A stretch of DNA of 64,000 bases, from assembly GCA_951406725.2 (NCBI GenBank), contig OX597834.1, positions 20,956,001-21,020,000 of the forward strand. The letters run 5' to 3'. Shown here piece by piece: positions 1 to 13,321 of the stretch; positions within the stretch are counted from its first letter, which is position 1, and the number at the start of each line of letters is the position of its first letter. This DNA is from Octopus vulgaris (Eukaryota). Position numbers and translations under genes: made by a program. The notes under the pieces were generated by a model, which did no database searches, was not told where the DNA came from, and was given only the letters and a program-made list of their open reading frames with translations.

Positions 1-379
1 GTATTTCACATTGTTCCATTGCACTCAGCTGGCAAAAACTGATCATGTTTCCATGTTCTTGTGAATACTTCTACTCGTGTTTTGTCATGCTGCTTCACAC
101 CTTCAATTTATTTTGATAATTGATAATGTAAAACACAGTATTACAATTTGAAAAGCTTCGGTTGATGTTGCTAGTGAAATATATATATATGCTCTATGTT
201 ATGTATTGAGTACTTTTTTTTGCTATTTGTAAATATAAATGTTCACCAATCAAACAATGTATGTACGTAAACATAAGGGTATATGTTTGCATGTGTATGA
301 ATATATGTGTTTGTGTGTATACAATATATATATACACACACTCACTGAACATTCAGTAACAGGAAACTATAATAATTTC

Positions 380-527
380 ATTTCTTTTTATTTTTCAGGT
401 AAGTACAAATTGATTCAACACTTCACTGAACTCCAGTTGAATAAGCAACCATTGTGAATGGTTCTTAAAAATATTTCCAGCTGAATGACGATAAAAGCCG
501 GTTTCTCCCATTCACTAACAGGTTAGT
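380..527 (+). promoter_or_regulatory. Candidate recursive splice site (polypyrimidine-CAG|GTAAGT at 398/399) with downstream cryptic donor CAG|GTTAGT at 521/522
   Basis: tttctttttatttttcag|gtaagt in non-repeat sequence; the 123-nt segment 399-521 has stops in all three frames. Confidence 0.4.
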
Positions 528-613
528 TACTTAACTGTCTCCTGTACAATAGTTTCCAAGATAAACCATACACAATGATGTTTTTCCCTTTTCTTCATTT
601 CTTTCTCTCCATC

Positions 614-1115
<502 letters not shown>

Positions 1116-1917
1116 AGTGAATTGTAGATCTAGTTATATCTAGAGACAAGTCCCTTCCTTTCCTTGTAGTTTTTATTGTAGCTTTATTTACAAAGAGCTA
1201 CTGGAGATCGTTATCTTCCCTCTTACATTCTCATGCCATTTTAATTTCTTACTGATCCACCTTTAGAGTCATACTTGGGTAAGCACGAACAATCATCTTT
1301 TCAGCTTCCAAACAATATTTAGGTCCTTTTGAATACAATCTGAAACATACTTATGCTATTTGTGGACCTAAAATAGAAATTTTCTTTTCAATTTGTTAAT
1401 TTGTTTTACAAACCAATATATATATATATACCAAATACTTCCTTAGATTTTTCCTGGTCAGTCCTTACAACAACAACAACATCGTCTTTTGTATTGCAGT
1501 AACAAAATGCAAAAGTGTTGCTTTTGTGCTGAAAGCAACCTGTCATGTCATATATTTCACTTTTGTTGGAATCTTTTCGCATTCGATTTTCCATCTTGGT
1601 TTGGAAACAGTCAAACATTTAAGTTGATTTGGATGAGATTTTAAACCAAAGTATTTCTCAACTTTTTCTTAGGCTTTTTTTTTTTGGCAAATTCATTTAA
1701 AACTAAGATGTTACTACCTAGAGCAAAATTGTATAATATATTCAGTGATGTATATATAATTTTTATTGGTATCTATTTCTTTCTAAACACTGAAGCATTG
1801 AATTAATTGGATTATGTAAATCCAACAAACATTGTGTAATTAATCCTACCAGGTAATTTGTCAAAACACATAAAATATCAAATATGTATTTTTCATATTT
1901 TATTAATATGATATATA

Positions 1918-1982
<65 letters not shown>

Positions 1983-2211
1983 TCCTGGCTTAACAGCCCT
2001 CACCGTTTGCTTTTACTGTCCTGTTCTGTTACCAATTCCACCCTCCGCAAAAAATCCCAAATTTGATTTAATTTGCTTTGTAGGAAGGACTGTTTCAACA
2101 AAGTCATGTCTTGTCCTTACCTTTGAAACGTGAAGTAGTTGAAACAGGGACAACTGAAGAAGGGGAATATTCTTTATGTTGTATGTCTCATTTCTCTGTT
2201 TGTTATTTTCA

Positions 2212-2539
2212 TTACTCTTTTACTCTTTTACTCTTTTACTTGTTTCGGTCATTTGACTGCGGCCATGCTGGAGCACCGCCTTTAGTCGAGCAAATCAACA
2301 CCAGGACTTATTCTTTGTAAGCCTAGTACTTATTCTATCGGTCTCTTTTGCCAAACCGCTAAGTGACAGGGACGTAAACACACCAGCATCGGTTGTCAAG
2401 CAATGCTAGGGGGACAAACACAGACACACAAACATATACACACACACTTATATATATATACATATATACGACAGGCTTCTTTCAGTTACAGTCTACCAAA
2501 TCCACACACAAGGCATTGGTCGGCCCGGGGCTATAGCAG
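2212..2539 (-). mobile_element. SINE family A (tRNA-derived), 5'-truncated
   Basis: Reverse complement of the 3' part of the full copy at 5359-5757, with the (GTAAAAGA)n tail. Confidence 0.9.
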
Positions 2540-3412
2540 ATGGTGCTCAAAACTACATACATAGCTAAAGTATTGCCGAAATACAAAACAGATCCTAATT
2601 AGAAGTTTCTCATTAGTGAAACATAACATAAAGTCTTTGATATTTTCCAGACTCATTAAAATATGCATGCAATTAAGTTTATTTTTATTTATATATTTAC
2701 TGATGTTCATTTCTGAACCGTAAATCAATAGTTTAGCTTAAAAAGAAGATAAAAACAAGATTTTAAAAAACCCTGAATATTTGACACACTATTTCTAAAG
2801 TAACAGACTTGTTAAGATCTGGGACTGACATGTTGCTTTATTAAGTTTCACATATTGTAAACTAACAAACTCTGGTATATCTGTGACTGACATTTCATTT
2901 TATTAGCATCTTGTCAGTAAATAGCTCCTTTCTTTGGTTCGGTATCCCTTTCCTCACTTCCCCCACACCATGCCAAACATTTTGGAATGACATCAGTGTA
3001 GTATTTCAATAGAAAGTCCATAACAGATATCTATTTCTGTCAGATCTACATTCTTACATTCATTAAATATTCAGTGAGTCTTAATTGTGTCATTTCAATG
3101 CTAATTTTGCCAAAGTTTTGTTATTCTGTTTCCAGAAGTGTTTTGCTATTTATTTCAGGTCTGTAGGCATATTAAATCAAATATTTTTTTACATTTTTCT
3201 TTTTTCTTTTAGTTAGCTATTAGAATGTTGTATATAAAAACCTTTTTTTTAGCTAGACCCACCAGACAATGTACTTAATAGTTTATACACTGTCCAAGGT
3301 TATATGAAGCACTTTACTTTATGCAAGCCCTCAACTAATCCCACCCCACTCCATGTCACTAACCCAAACTCTGGCCTTGGCTTTCCAGAACATTTTTAAT
3401 TTAAAAAACTAT

Positions 3413-3580
3413 AGGTGTAGGTATGGGTGTGTGATAAGAAGTTTGCTTCCTGACTTCATGGTTCTGTGTTCAGTCCCACTGAGTGGCACCTTGGGCAAGT
3501 ATCTCTACAAAGCCTCAGGCAGACCAAAGCTTTGTGAGTGGATTTGGTTGACAGAAACTGAAAGAAGCCCATCATATATG
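3413..3580 (+). mobile_element. SINE family A, head fragment
   Basis: Diverged A/B boxes followed by ggcaccttgggcaag...ctgaaagaagccc. Confidence 0.85.
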
Positions 3581-5358
3581 TTGGTGTTGCATGCGTTGTT
3601 AATCCTAGATATATAAATAAGATCAGACAGTCGTGCTTGGAATGTCTTTGAATATAGTCACTTAAGAATTGCTTGAAGTTAAATATTATCTAAGGGCCTT
3701 CATACAATGGCTGAAGAGGCCTTGTCTAGGTTGGAAACAGAATAGCTGTCTACACACATTCTTTCTACACTATTTCCCCCACCCCACAGTTCCTCACCGA
3801 GTTTTTCTTTTCTTGCAACTCCTGCACAAAAGATGCATTTCTATTTATGTATGTTTTTCACATTTTTTTTCCAATCTGCTCCAGACATTGAAGCCAAAAC
3901 CAAAACAAACCCACAACCCCCATCTCACCCAAACGCTTCAACCATCTTTATATATATATATGCACACATACACATTCACATATATATAGATAAATATATA
4001 TTTACATATATGAATATACATATTTATATATAAATATATATATATGTATATAGATAGATATATATAAATGCATAATACATATATATATATATATACATAC
4101 ACATACACATATATATATGTATATATATAAATATATATTTACATATATGAATATACATATTTATATATAAATATATATATATATGTACATAGATATATAT
4201 AAATGTATAATACATATTTATATATATATATATATATATGTATATAGAAAGATAGATATAAATATATACATACATATAAATATATATATATATAATATAT
4301 ATATATATATATCAACTTCTATTGTTGTTAATCAAAGTTTTATCTGACAAACTGATAATTCCAGCCCTGTCCCACCGACCGACCAACCAACCACCCAACC
4401 AACCAACCAACCAAACCTACCAACCACCGCTCCTTCCCTGTTCCCACCAGTCCTCCTCTCCCCATCTTCCCCTATATCCCACCATTCCAATCTCCCAATA
4501 CCCACCTACCCCCCGCTACTCTGCTTCACCCACCCACCCCACCTCTTTCCACCAACATCCACCCCTTTCCACCACCACCACCACCATGACCACCACCACC
4601 ACCACGACCACCCAAATCAACCCACCCCCCTCACCATTCCATTAACCACCACAGCCCCCCAACTACCACCACCCACCATCCACACTCACAAACCCAATTA
4701 ATGTAATTTGTTTACATAACAGCCTGTTTTATCTTTTAATTTAGTCATTAACCATTAATACTGTTTGTTTTCATTTGCCAATCCATCATATAATGTTTGT
4801 AGTGATAAGAGAAGAGGCCAAACCATTCGGTTTCCCTCTTTTAGTTTTTTCCTCTTTCCTTCCTTTTGTTGGCATTGGTTTTTTTTTTTGGCTTTTTGTT
4901 GGTTTTTCTTTTTTTTTGTTTGTTTTTGGTTTTTTTAGCCTAGGGCTCAGGGTAAATTGTCTCAAAATATGGTTAATTTTGTGGTTCGGATGACTTTCCT
5001 AAGGGCCAGTTCTTATCGTTTCTACCCCATTGCCACTGCATCAACCACGGATACCGATACGTACCTCAAAGAAACAGAAAGACAGACACAGATAGAGAGA
5101 TAGATGGACACACCGACAGATACATGGATGGATAGAGGGAGAGGGAGATATACAGGCAGAAAGATATATGGCCAGATAGACAGATAGGGGGAGAGATGGA
5201 GAGAGTGACAGACAGACAGATCTGCTGACAGATAGATGGGTACAGAGACAGACAGATACATGGACAGATAGAGTGAGAGACAAACAGACAGATATACTGA
5301 CAGACAGACAGAGAAACACATACACAGACAGACAGTGAGATAAATAGACAGACAGATA

Positions 5359-5757
5359 GGCGCAGGAGTGGCTGTGTGGTAAGTAGCTTGTTTTGCAACC
5401 ACATGGTTCCAGGTTCAGTCCCACTGCGTGGCACCTTGGGCAAAAGTCTTCCACTATAGCCTCGGGCCGACCAAAGCCTTGTGAGTGGATTTGGTAGATG
5501 GAAACTGAAAGACGTCCACTGTACATGCGTATATATATATATATATATATATATATGCATGTGTGTTTGTCCCCCTAGCATTGCTTGACAACCGACACTG
5601 GTGTGTTTATGTCCCCGTTACTTAGCGGTTCTGCAAAAGTGACCGATAGAATAAGTACTGGGCTTACAAAAGAATAAGTCCCAGGGTCGAGTTGCTCAAT
5701 TAAAAGGCGGTGCTCCAGCATGGCCGCACTCAAATGACTGAAACAAGTAAAAGAGTA
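5359..5757 (+). mobile_element. SINE family A, full length (tRNA head, internal (TA)n, GTAAAAGA tail)
   Basis: Pol III A box TGGCTGTGTGG and B box GGTTCAGTCCC; more than 15 homologous copies in the window. Confidence 0.92.
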
Positions 5758-6464
5758 TAGATAGACAGAGAGACAAACTGATATGTAGACAGATAGATAA
5801 ATAGACAGACAGACAGACAAATACATACACAGACAGACAGACAGAGAAACACATACATTGACAGACAGATACAAAAATAGACAGACAAACAAACAGACAG
5901 ACAGTAAATTAGGATGATTAACAGTGATCATGGATACAAAAGGATATTTACAAACGGTGTTTGTTCATGCATTATTTGGTAACACTTGGCTGTGAAAACA
6001 TTTGCTTGTTATATAATACAGACATCAATTGTACAGCTTGGCTTTGGTGTCTTCATCATTTTGCAGGATTTGGCAGAGCAGTGCTGTGCCTGTGTCCTTG
6101 TTTAGAAGTCATCGTACCTTCTGACTCTGAAGTTTTAAATGGAATTTTATCCACTGGAAGGTGGTGGTCTGATACTCCTGAGGGCTAAACAACAGCTGCC
6201 AAACCCAAGCACTGACTTGCAAAGATCTCATATCAGGGCCAAAGAGATATTATCTCTATACAGGGCCAGATTAAGACCCATAGAGGCCCTAAGCCCTTTA
6301 AAGATTTTGTTGTCCCTATGTATATGTAATTCAAAATATAAATAAACAGTAAGATGGAAAAGTCTTTGCTCAGATCCTCCCTATGACACCATGAACACTT
6401 TGAAATTATATTTCCAATCATATGAACCACTTCAAATATTATCTTAGGAATATGGGACGGAGCT

Positions 6465-6625
6465 ATGGCAGACCTAAAGCAACATGGAGAAGGTCTGCAA
6501 GAAATTGAGGTCCTGGGAGGTGGCACCATCTGGGGCAAATGTAACCCGTTGTCAAGGATTGAGATAGATGGAGATATCTTGTTGGTATCCTATGCAACAC
6601 ATGGAGCCAAAGGATTTAATTAATG
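6465..6625 (+). mobile_element. Degraded RTE-clade LINE 3' end
   Basis: Translates GRPKATWRRS...DRWRYLVGILCNT, the typical RTE C-terminal GRP..TW...DR..W motif. Confidence 0.6.
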
Positions 6626-6631
6626 AATGTA

Positions 6632-7040
6632 ACATCATCATCATTTAGCATCCTCTTTCCATGCTAGCATGGGTTGGACGGTGCAACTGGGGTCTGGGAA
6701 GCCAGAAGCTGCACCAGGCCCAGTCTGATCTGGCAATGTTTCTACAGCTGGACGCCCTTCCTAATGCCAACCACTCCGTGAGTGTAGTGGGTGCTTTATA
6801 TGTGCCACTGACACAGGTGCCAGATGAGGCTGGCAAACAGCCATGATTGGATGGTGCTTTTTACATGCCACTGGCACGGAGGCCAGGCGAGGCTGGCAAT
6901 GGCCACGATCGGATGGTGCTTTTTACGTGCCATCAACATGGAAGCCAATCGGGGCCGCGCTGGCAACAGCCACATTCGGATGATTCTCTTATGTGCCACC
7001 GGCACTGGTATCACAGCTACAATTTCCATTGATGTTGATC
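6632..7040 (-). mobile_element. RTE 3' UTR fragment (same family as 38835-40753) with (GAT)n tail
   Basis: catcatcatttagcatcctctttccatgctagcatgggttggacgg... matches 38835-39130. Confidence 0.9.
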
Positions 7041-7431
7041 GATTTTGGTTCGAATTTTGAGACAGGGTTGGATTAACCATTAAGCAAAATAAGCATGTGC
7101 TTAGGGCATCAAGGGAAGGAGGGGGCACCACAGAAATGATAGATGGTTTATGGCACAAAAGAAATCACTTTAGATTTCCTTAGATAATATTTGAAGTGGT
7201 TCATATGATTGGAAATATAATTTCAAAGTGTTCATGGTGTCATAGGGAGGATCTGAGCAAAGACTTTTCCATCTTACTGTTTATCTATATTTTGAATTAC
7301 ATATACATGGGGGCACCAAAATCTTTAAAGGGCTTAGAGCCTCTATGGGTCTTAATCTGGCCTTGTATAGAGATAATATCTCTTTGGCCCTGATATGAGA
7401 TCTTTGCAAGTCAGTGCTTGGGTTCAGCAGC

Positions 7432-7600
7432 TGTTGTTTAGCCCTAGGTCTACTCTAACTTATGATCAAAGGAATTTCCATCCATGACCGTCCCATCTAT
7501 TTGAGAGTGTGTACAACTACATTACTGGATGTGTTCTTTTCCTTTCCTGAAATTGCATGGTGTGATCTGAGGGAGATTTGGCTGCTATTGGGCAATCATG
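7432..7600 (-). mobile_element. SINE-like family F fragment (related pieces at about 12010-12160, 21565-21640, 36418-36675, 57010-57170)
   Basis: Shared motif atagcagccaaatctccctc and (CAA)n tail. Confidence 0.65.
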
Positions 7601-8414
7601 TAGATACATCCTTCTTCGTGCATATATCTGGGAGTTTTTCCAATTACCAAACTTAAAAGATAAGTACTAGGGAGCTCAAGATGGTGCTCCAGCATGGCCA
7701 TAGTTCGGTGACTGAAACTAGTAAAAGACAAAAGATAAGAAAAAAATAAAAAACAAAGAGATGAAAACTGCAAAGTAAAGAGACAGAATAGAGATAATGC
7801 CATACATGGCCATTCCACTGAAGTGTTTCCAAAATAAATTTTTTCCAAAAATGGAAGAATTTAAGTAGAAGCTGAAATTATTAAATCACGCTCTCAGACA
7901 CATTGGAAGATTCACCATTCTTAAAACTGAATAACATATTATAATAACAGACAAATACCGACAGGCTGATTCTCCAGAGCTGGAATTGTTTCCATCCGTA
8001 CACCCAACATAAGGGCTTCCATATGTCTGACTCCACAAGGAAATTTCCGAAATATTCCCTCTCCAAAATACAGAAGAATCAAGACAGCAATTTCGGTATG
8101 GGCTGTGGACACCACACGCAGACAGAAATATCAATTAGGAGCATAGTGTGATATATTTAGTAAACCATTATTCAATCTGCAAGTTATAATAATAGATGTA
8201 AATACAGACATGCCTTTCCTCAGAAGCGGCATTATGTCTCCATCCGTAAAACTCAGGAACTGCTTCCATATGTTGGTTTTCTAAAGAAATTTCCTATCCT
8301 AAACATATATTTTCCATTCTCCAAAAATATAGGCATAGATTTAGGCACATATATCTATATATATATATTATATTTATTTATATATATATATATTATATTT
8401 ATATATATATAATA

Positions 8415-8459
<45 letters not shown>

Positions 8460-8460
8460 T

Positions 8461-8530
<70 letters not shown>

Positions 8531-8672
8531 TAAGTATATATACATATATATTATACATTTATATATACATAGATATTATACATATATATACATATATATT
8601 ATATATATATATATACATATATATTATATATATATATATATTATATATATATACATATATATATTATATACA

Positions 8673-8708
<36 letters not shown>

Positions 8709-9204
8709 TGTATGTATATGTATATATATATATATCATGAAATGCATTAGGATAATGCAGAGATTTAGCAAGAACAAGATAAGATGAAAACAAAAGACCC
8801 CGAGTCTGAGAGTTCTGCAGTATGTTATAATAACATATAATAAAGTCGTACTGGCCCTTAGATATGATGTTATGATTCCATTGCTACCCCCTTCCCCCCC
8901 ACACACACACCAAAAAAAAAAAGCAAAAAGAATTAGGGAGCAGAATCCAAAAGTATTATGTAAGTAAATGAGATCAAATCACAGACGTATGAGGAAGGAT
9001 TAAAGGAGCCCTATTTTTTTCTTTGTAAGATCAACATCTATCGATGTGTGTATGTATATAAATAAGTGTGTGTGTGTGTGTGATTGTGTGTGTGTGTGTG
9101 TGTGTGTTGTGGGAGTAAGGGAGAGAAAAATACACATATGTTATAAAAACTTTTAGATAGTTTTTTAACAGGAATGTTCTGGAAGCTATATCTAAGACTT
9201 AATA

Positions 9205-9222
9205 CATTATTGTTATTATTAC

Positions 9223-9284
<62 letters not shown>

Positions 9285-9308
9285 TTATTTTTATTTTTAT
9301 TATTATTA

Positions 9309-9398
<90 letters not shown>
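9205..9398. repeat. (TTA)n microsatellite
   Basis: Direct reading. Confidence 0.95.
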
Positions 9399-9399
<1 letters not shown>

Positions 9400-9534
9400 C
9401 TACCTAATTCCTATACCCCAATACTTACAATGGAACAACAACGTCTTTGCTTTTTTAGATTATTTTTGTCCCCTTTTTTCTTCATCGACTGACTACAATA
9501 TCAAAATGCACACGTGTGTGTGTATATATATATC

Positions 9535-9806
9535 ACCGTGATCACCGTGACCGACCAGGCTATCAGATGTTGCTACACATCACTGGTCACAATGCGCTTC
9601 ACATTGTTTTAGCCTTCAAATGACGCCACCCCACTGGCTAAGTGTGGTGAAAGAGAACAGTAGGGTTCACCACCACCCACTGCCGGAGCCTCGTGGAACT
9701 TTTAGGTGTTTTCGCTCAATAAACACTCACAATGCCCAGTCTGGGAGTCGAAACCGCGATCCTACGACCGCGAGTCCGCTGCCCTAACCACTGGGCCATT
9801 GCGCCT

Positions 9807-9808
<2 letters not shown>
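9535..9808 (-). mobile_element. SINE family D (tRNA-derived), internally deleted
   Basis: Reverse complement of ggcgcaatggcccagtggttagggcagcggactcgcggtcgtaggatcgcggtttcgactcccag (A and B boxes). Confidence 0.88.
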
Positions 9809-9861
<53 letters not shown>

Positions 9862-10145
9862 CAAGGTTCAATCCCATTGTATGTCACTTTGGACCAGGGT
9901 CTTTTATTATATTGATAGTTTTTGAGACGAACCTAAACTTGTGGATGGATTTTGGTAGATAGAAACTGTGGAAGCTTGTTATATATTTGATTGCTCCAGC
10001 TGGTCATCTAGCTTGTGTAGGGCACAGTGCTGGAGCCCTGACTGATAATGATGTATATATTTTTAACCTATTCTTAGTGTTAGCCCTAGTTTCAAATTTA
10101 ACTCCTCTGAGGCAGTGAGAGAGAAACAAAATAGATGTGTGTATT

Positions 10146-10204
<59 letters not shown>

Positions 10205-10253
10205 GTTTTTTTAGGGTTTGCGAAACTCATGGACACAGCGCCTTTCTTCATAC

Positions 10254-10890
10254 TTAACCATTACACCAAAGTTATTTTACTAAATTCTTCATCTTCTCCA
10301 AATTAATTCCAACAGAAGTATGATAACAAAAAGGTTAAGTTGGAGCTGTTGAGTGAATCTTTCTCTGTCTTTTACAGAATGGCAAATATTTGAACCAGAC
10401 CTTCTGGTTCCTCTGCCTGCCAGCTTACAAGCTTTTTAACTTTTTTTGCTCCAACCTAACTGAGACTGCTCCCTGCATCTATAATACAAATTTATTGTTA
10501 AGTTATCTAAATTACAAACCAGCTATCAAATTTTCATGTTAACTCATGTTCCAAACACCAGATTAGTTATTTTACTAAATTCTTCCTTATTTTCAAAACT
10601 AATTAAAAAAAAGGCAATGCATATTAAGACAAAGATGATAATGAAATTGTTAAATTAGAGTTGCCAAGAGAATCCTCCTGTCTTTTACAATATGGCTAAT
10701 ATTTGAACCAGATCTTCTGGTTCCCTGCCTGCCAATTTATTAGCTTAACTCTTTTGATACCAACCCACCTGTGACTACTTCTGGTTCCATGATAGAGTTA
10801 CCATTTTTTAAAGTGACCTTAATTAAAACCATTCGTTAAAATTTCATACAGATTTATGTTTCAAACACCAGCTTAATTAATGACAAAGAT
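10254..10890. repeat. Diverged tandem duplication (about 310-bp period) containing TTAA-bounded piggyBac-like MITE remnants
   Basis: atatttgaaccagaYcttctggttcc and gttattttactaaattcttc each occur twice; ttaacYcttt.../...aaaggttaa ends. Confidence 0.6.
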
Positions 10891-11272
10891 TTAATATTTC
10901 ATTTTTGTATTCGGTTTGCAAGATTCTTTATGTGAATTCGTGTATTGAAGCATATTTTGTGTCTGGAGAGAGTCATTCTCTTTTAGTGCCTTATTGTTTA
11001 ATGTACTCACCAGTTCAATTTCCACTCATTTAATTATTTAATTTTTTCTAAAACTTTCGTTGTCTCTTGCAATATTTTCCATAGTCATTGACTCTGTCTG
11101 TTATGTTTATTTGTTTGTGTGTGTACATCAGTGTGCATGTGTATACATATGTGTGTGTGTGTGTGTGTTTGTGTATTTGTGTACCTCTGTCTCCTTGTGT
11201 GTGCATGTTTGAGCGTTTTAATAGATTCTTCCTTATTTTAGAAAATAAATAGAAACAGAAGAAGTATATATT

Positions 11273-11670
11273 CTTTTCTACTCTAGGCATAAGGCCCGGA
11301 ATTTTGGTGAGAGGAGGCCAGTCGATTAGATCAACCCCAGTACACAACTGGTACTTAATTTATCGATCCTGAAATGATGAAAGGAAAAGTCGACCTCAGC
11401 AGAATTTGAACTCAGAACATTAAGACAGATGAAATACCTATTTCTTTACTACCCACAAGGGCCTAAACACAGAGAGGACAAACAAGGACAGACAAATGGG
11501 CTAAGTCGATTATATCGACCCCAGTGCATAACTGGTACTTAATTTATCGACCCCGAAAGGATGAAAGGCAAAGTCGACCTTTGCGGAATTTGAACTCAGA
11601 ACGTAACGGCAGACGAAATATAGCTACGCATTTCGCCTGGCATGCTAACATTTCTGCCAGCTCGTCGCCT
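11273..11670 (-). mobile_element. SINE family C (tRNA head plus Nin/Deu-like central domain), dimeric
   Basis: Two copies of ctttgcctttcatcctttcggggtcgataaattaagtaccag on the minus strand; B box GAGTTCAAATTC. Confidence 0.9.
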
Positions 11671-11691
11671 TAATTCAACAAAAATATTGTA

Positions 11692-11950
11692 TAGGTACAG
11701 GTGTGGCTGTGTGGTAACAAGTTTGCTTCCCAACCACATGGTTCTGGGTTCAGTCTCATTGTTTGGTACCTTGAGTGTCTTCTACTGTAGCCTCAGGCTG
11801 CCTAAAGCCTTGTGAGTGGATTTGTTAGACAGAAACTGAAAGAAGCCTGTCGTGTGTGTGTCCCACCACTTAACAACTGGTGTTGGTGCATTTACATCCC
11901 TGTATCTTAACAGTTTGGCAAAACAGACTGATAGAGTAGGTACCAGTAAA
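11692..11950 (+). mobile_element. SINE family A, diverged
   Basis: Homology to 5359-5757. Confidence 0.85.
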
Positions 11951-12413
11951 AGAAGATAAAAAAAAAGTAGATAACAAAATTGTTAAAAGCAAAAAAAAAA
12001 AATTAAAAAGAGCCAAGCACCCCTGTCTCTTAAATTAAACTCTACCATGCTTAAAATTTAGAAAATAAAACAGAAGGTCATGCTTGGAGTACCTTTGACC
12101 AAAGGTCTATTTGTACGATCAGGATTGGCCTTTGAGTGATAATCAGCAACAGCAATAACGACAACAACAACCTAGGACTCTACATGTGCCATAGATAAAA
12201 CAGCCACAGTTTTTGGTAAAGTTACTCACGGAATGAACAAACATTTGGCAGCAGCTATTTATGTTCAAAGAATGGCGTTAAAACATGGAAACCTTGCTGT
12301 GTTAATTCTACAAAAGTCACATCTGGCAGCGAAAGGGTTAGCTGGCTTTCTCGAAATATCTTTCTTGCACTCTGTTTCTGTCTGTATATGTATGTACATA
12401 TGTGTGTGTATGT

Positions 12414-12633
12414 GAGTAGTAGTAGTAGAAGTGGTGGTGGTGGTGGTGGTAGTAGTGGTAGTAGTAGTAGTAGTAGTAGTAGTAGTTGTTGTTGTTGTAG
12501 TATTTGCTGTTGTAGTAGTAGTAGTAATAGTAGTAGTAGTGGTGGTGGTGGTGGTGGTGGTAATAGTAGTAATAATAGTAGTAGTAGTGGTAGTAGTAGT
12601 GGTGGTTGTAGTAGTAGCAGTAGTAGTAGTAAA

Positions 12634-12669
<36 letters not shown>

Positions 12670-12670
12670 G

Positions 12671-12706
<36 letters not shown>

Positions 12707-12708
12707 GA
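12414..12708. repeat. (GTA)n/(GTG)n/(GTT)n compound trinucleotide tract
   Basis: Direct reading. Confidence 0.95.
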
Positions 12709-13276
12709 AGTTGTTTCTGACAAATTATCTATTGGAATTTTTTTTACCTCTCTCTCTCTCTCTTTTTATTCTTTCTTCACTTTGTCTCTTTCTTTCTTTC
12801 TTTCTTATTTTTTTCCTTATTCTTTACTCTTTCACCTCTTCATCTGCATTTTGCTTCTTCACCTCTGTTTCTTTCTCACAATCTCTCTATTGTTTTCTAC
12901 ATTTCCCCCCTTATTTCACCCTATCCATCTTCAACCCTCTCTCTCTCTCTCTCTCTCTCAAAAATCCTCTCTATTTCAATTTTCCCTAATATTTCTCTCT
13001 TAATTTCTTCAACCTCTTTCCTTCTCTCCTTCTCTCTTACTCTCTTTATCTTTCTCCCTCCCTGCTCTCCTCTTCTCTCTCTCTCTCAATCATTTTCCTT
13101 CTCTCTCTTATTTTTCTCTATTTCTCTCCTCACTTTTACCATCTTAATTTCTTTTTTCTTTCTCTCAATCTCTCTATCCCTCTCTCACTCACTTTTCCCC
13201 TGTATTTTTTCTTTCAATCTCTCCACCCCTGTGTCCCTCTTCCCAACTCTTTTTCTCCATATCCTCTCTTCCACAC

Positions 13277-13321
<45 letters not shown>

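Larger units (their letters stand above)
6181..7445. repeat. Long inverted repeat, arms 6181-6450 and 7176-7445
   Basis: Arms about 270 bp with about 9 mismatches by eye; near-identical translations in ORFs 6233..6538(-) and 7196..7393(+). Confidence 0.93.

Noticed and set aside
2118-2170. GAAACGTG...CTGAAGAAGGGG as a type II hammerhead
   Set aside because: Position 17 is G and no stem I forms next to the cleavage site
5359-5430. tRNA genes at SINE heads
   Set aside because: A/B boxes are present but I see no intact cloverleaf, and they are fused to SINE bodies
7800-8340. Diverged direct repeats of about 240 bp (also about 185 bp at 61995-62320)
   Set aside because: Old local duplications with no coding or structural signal
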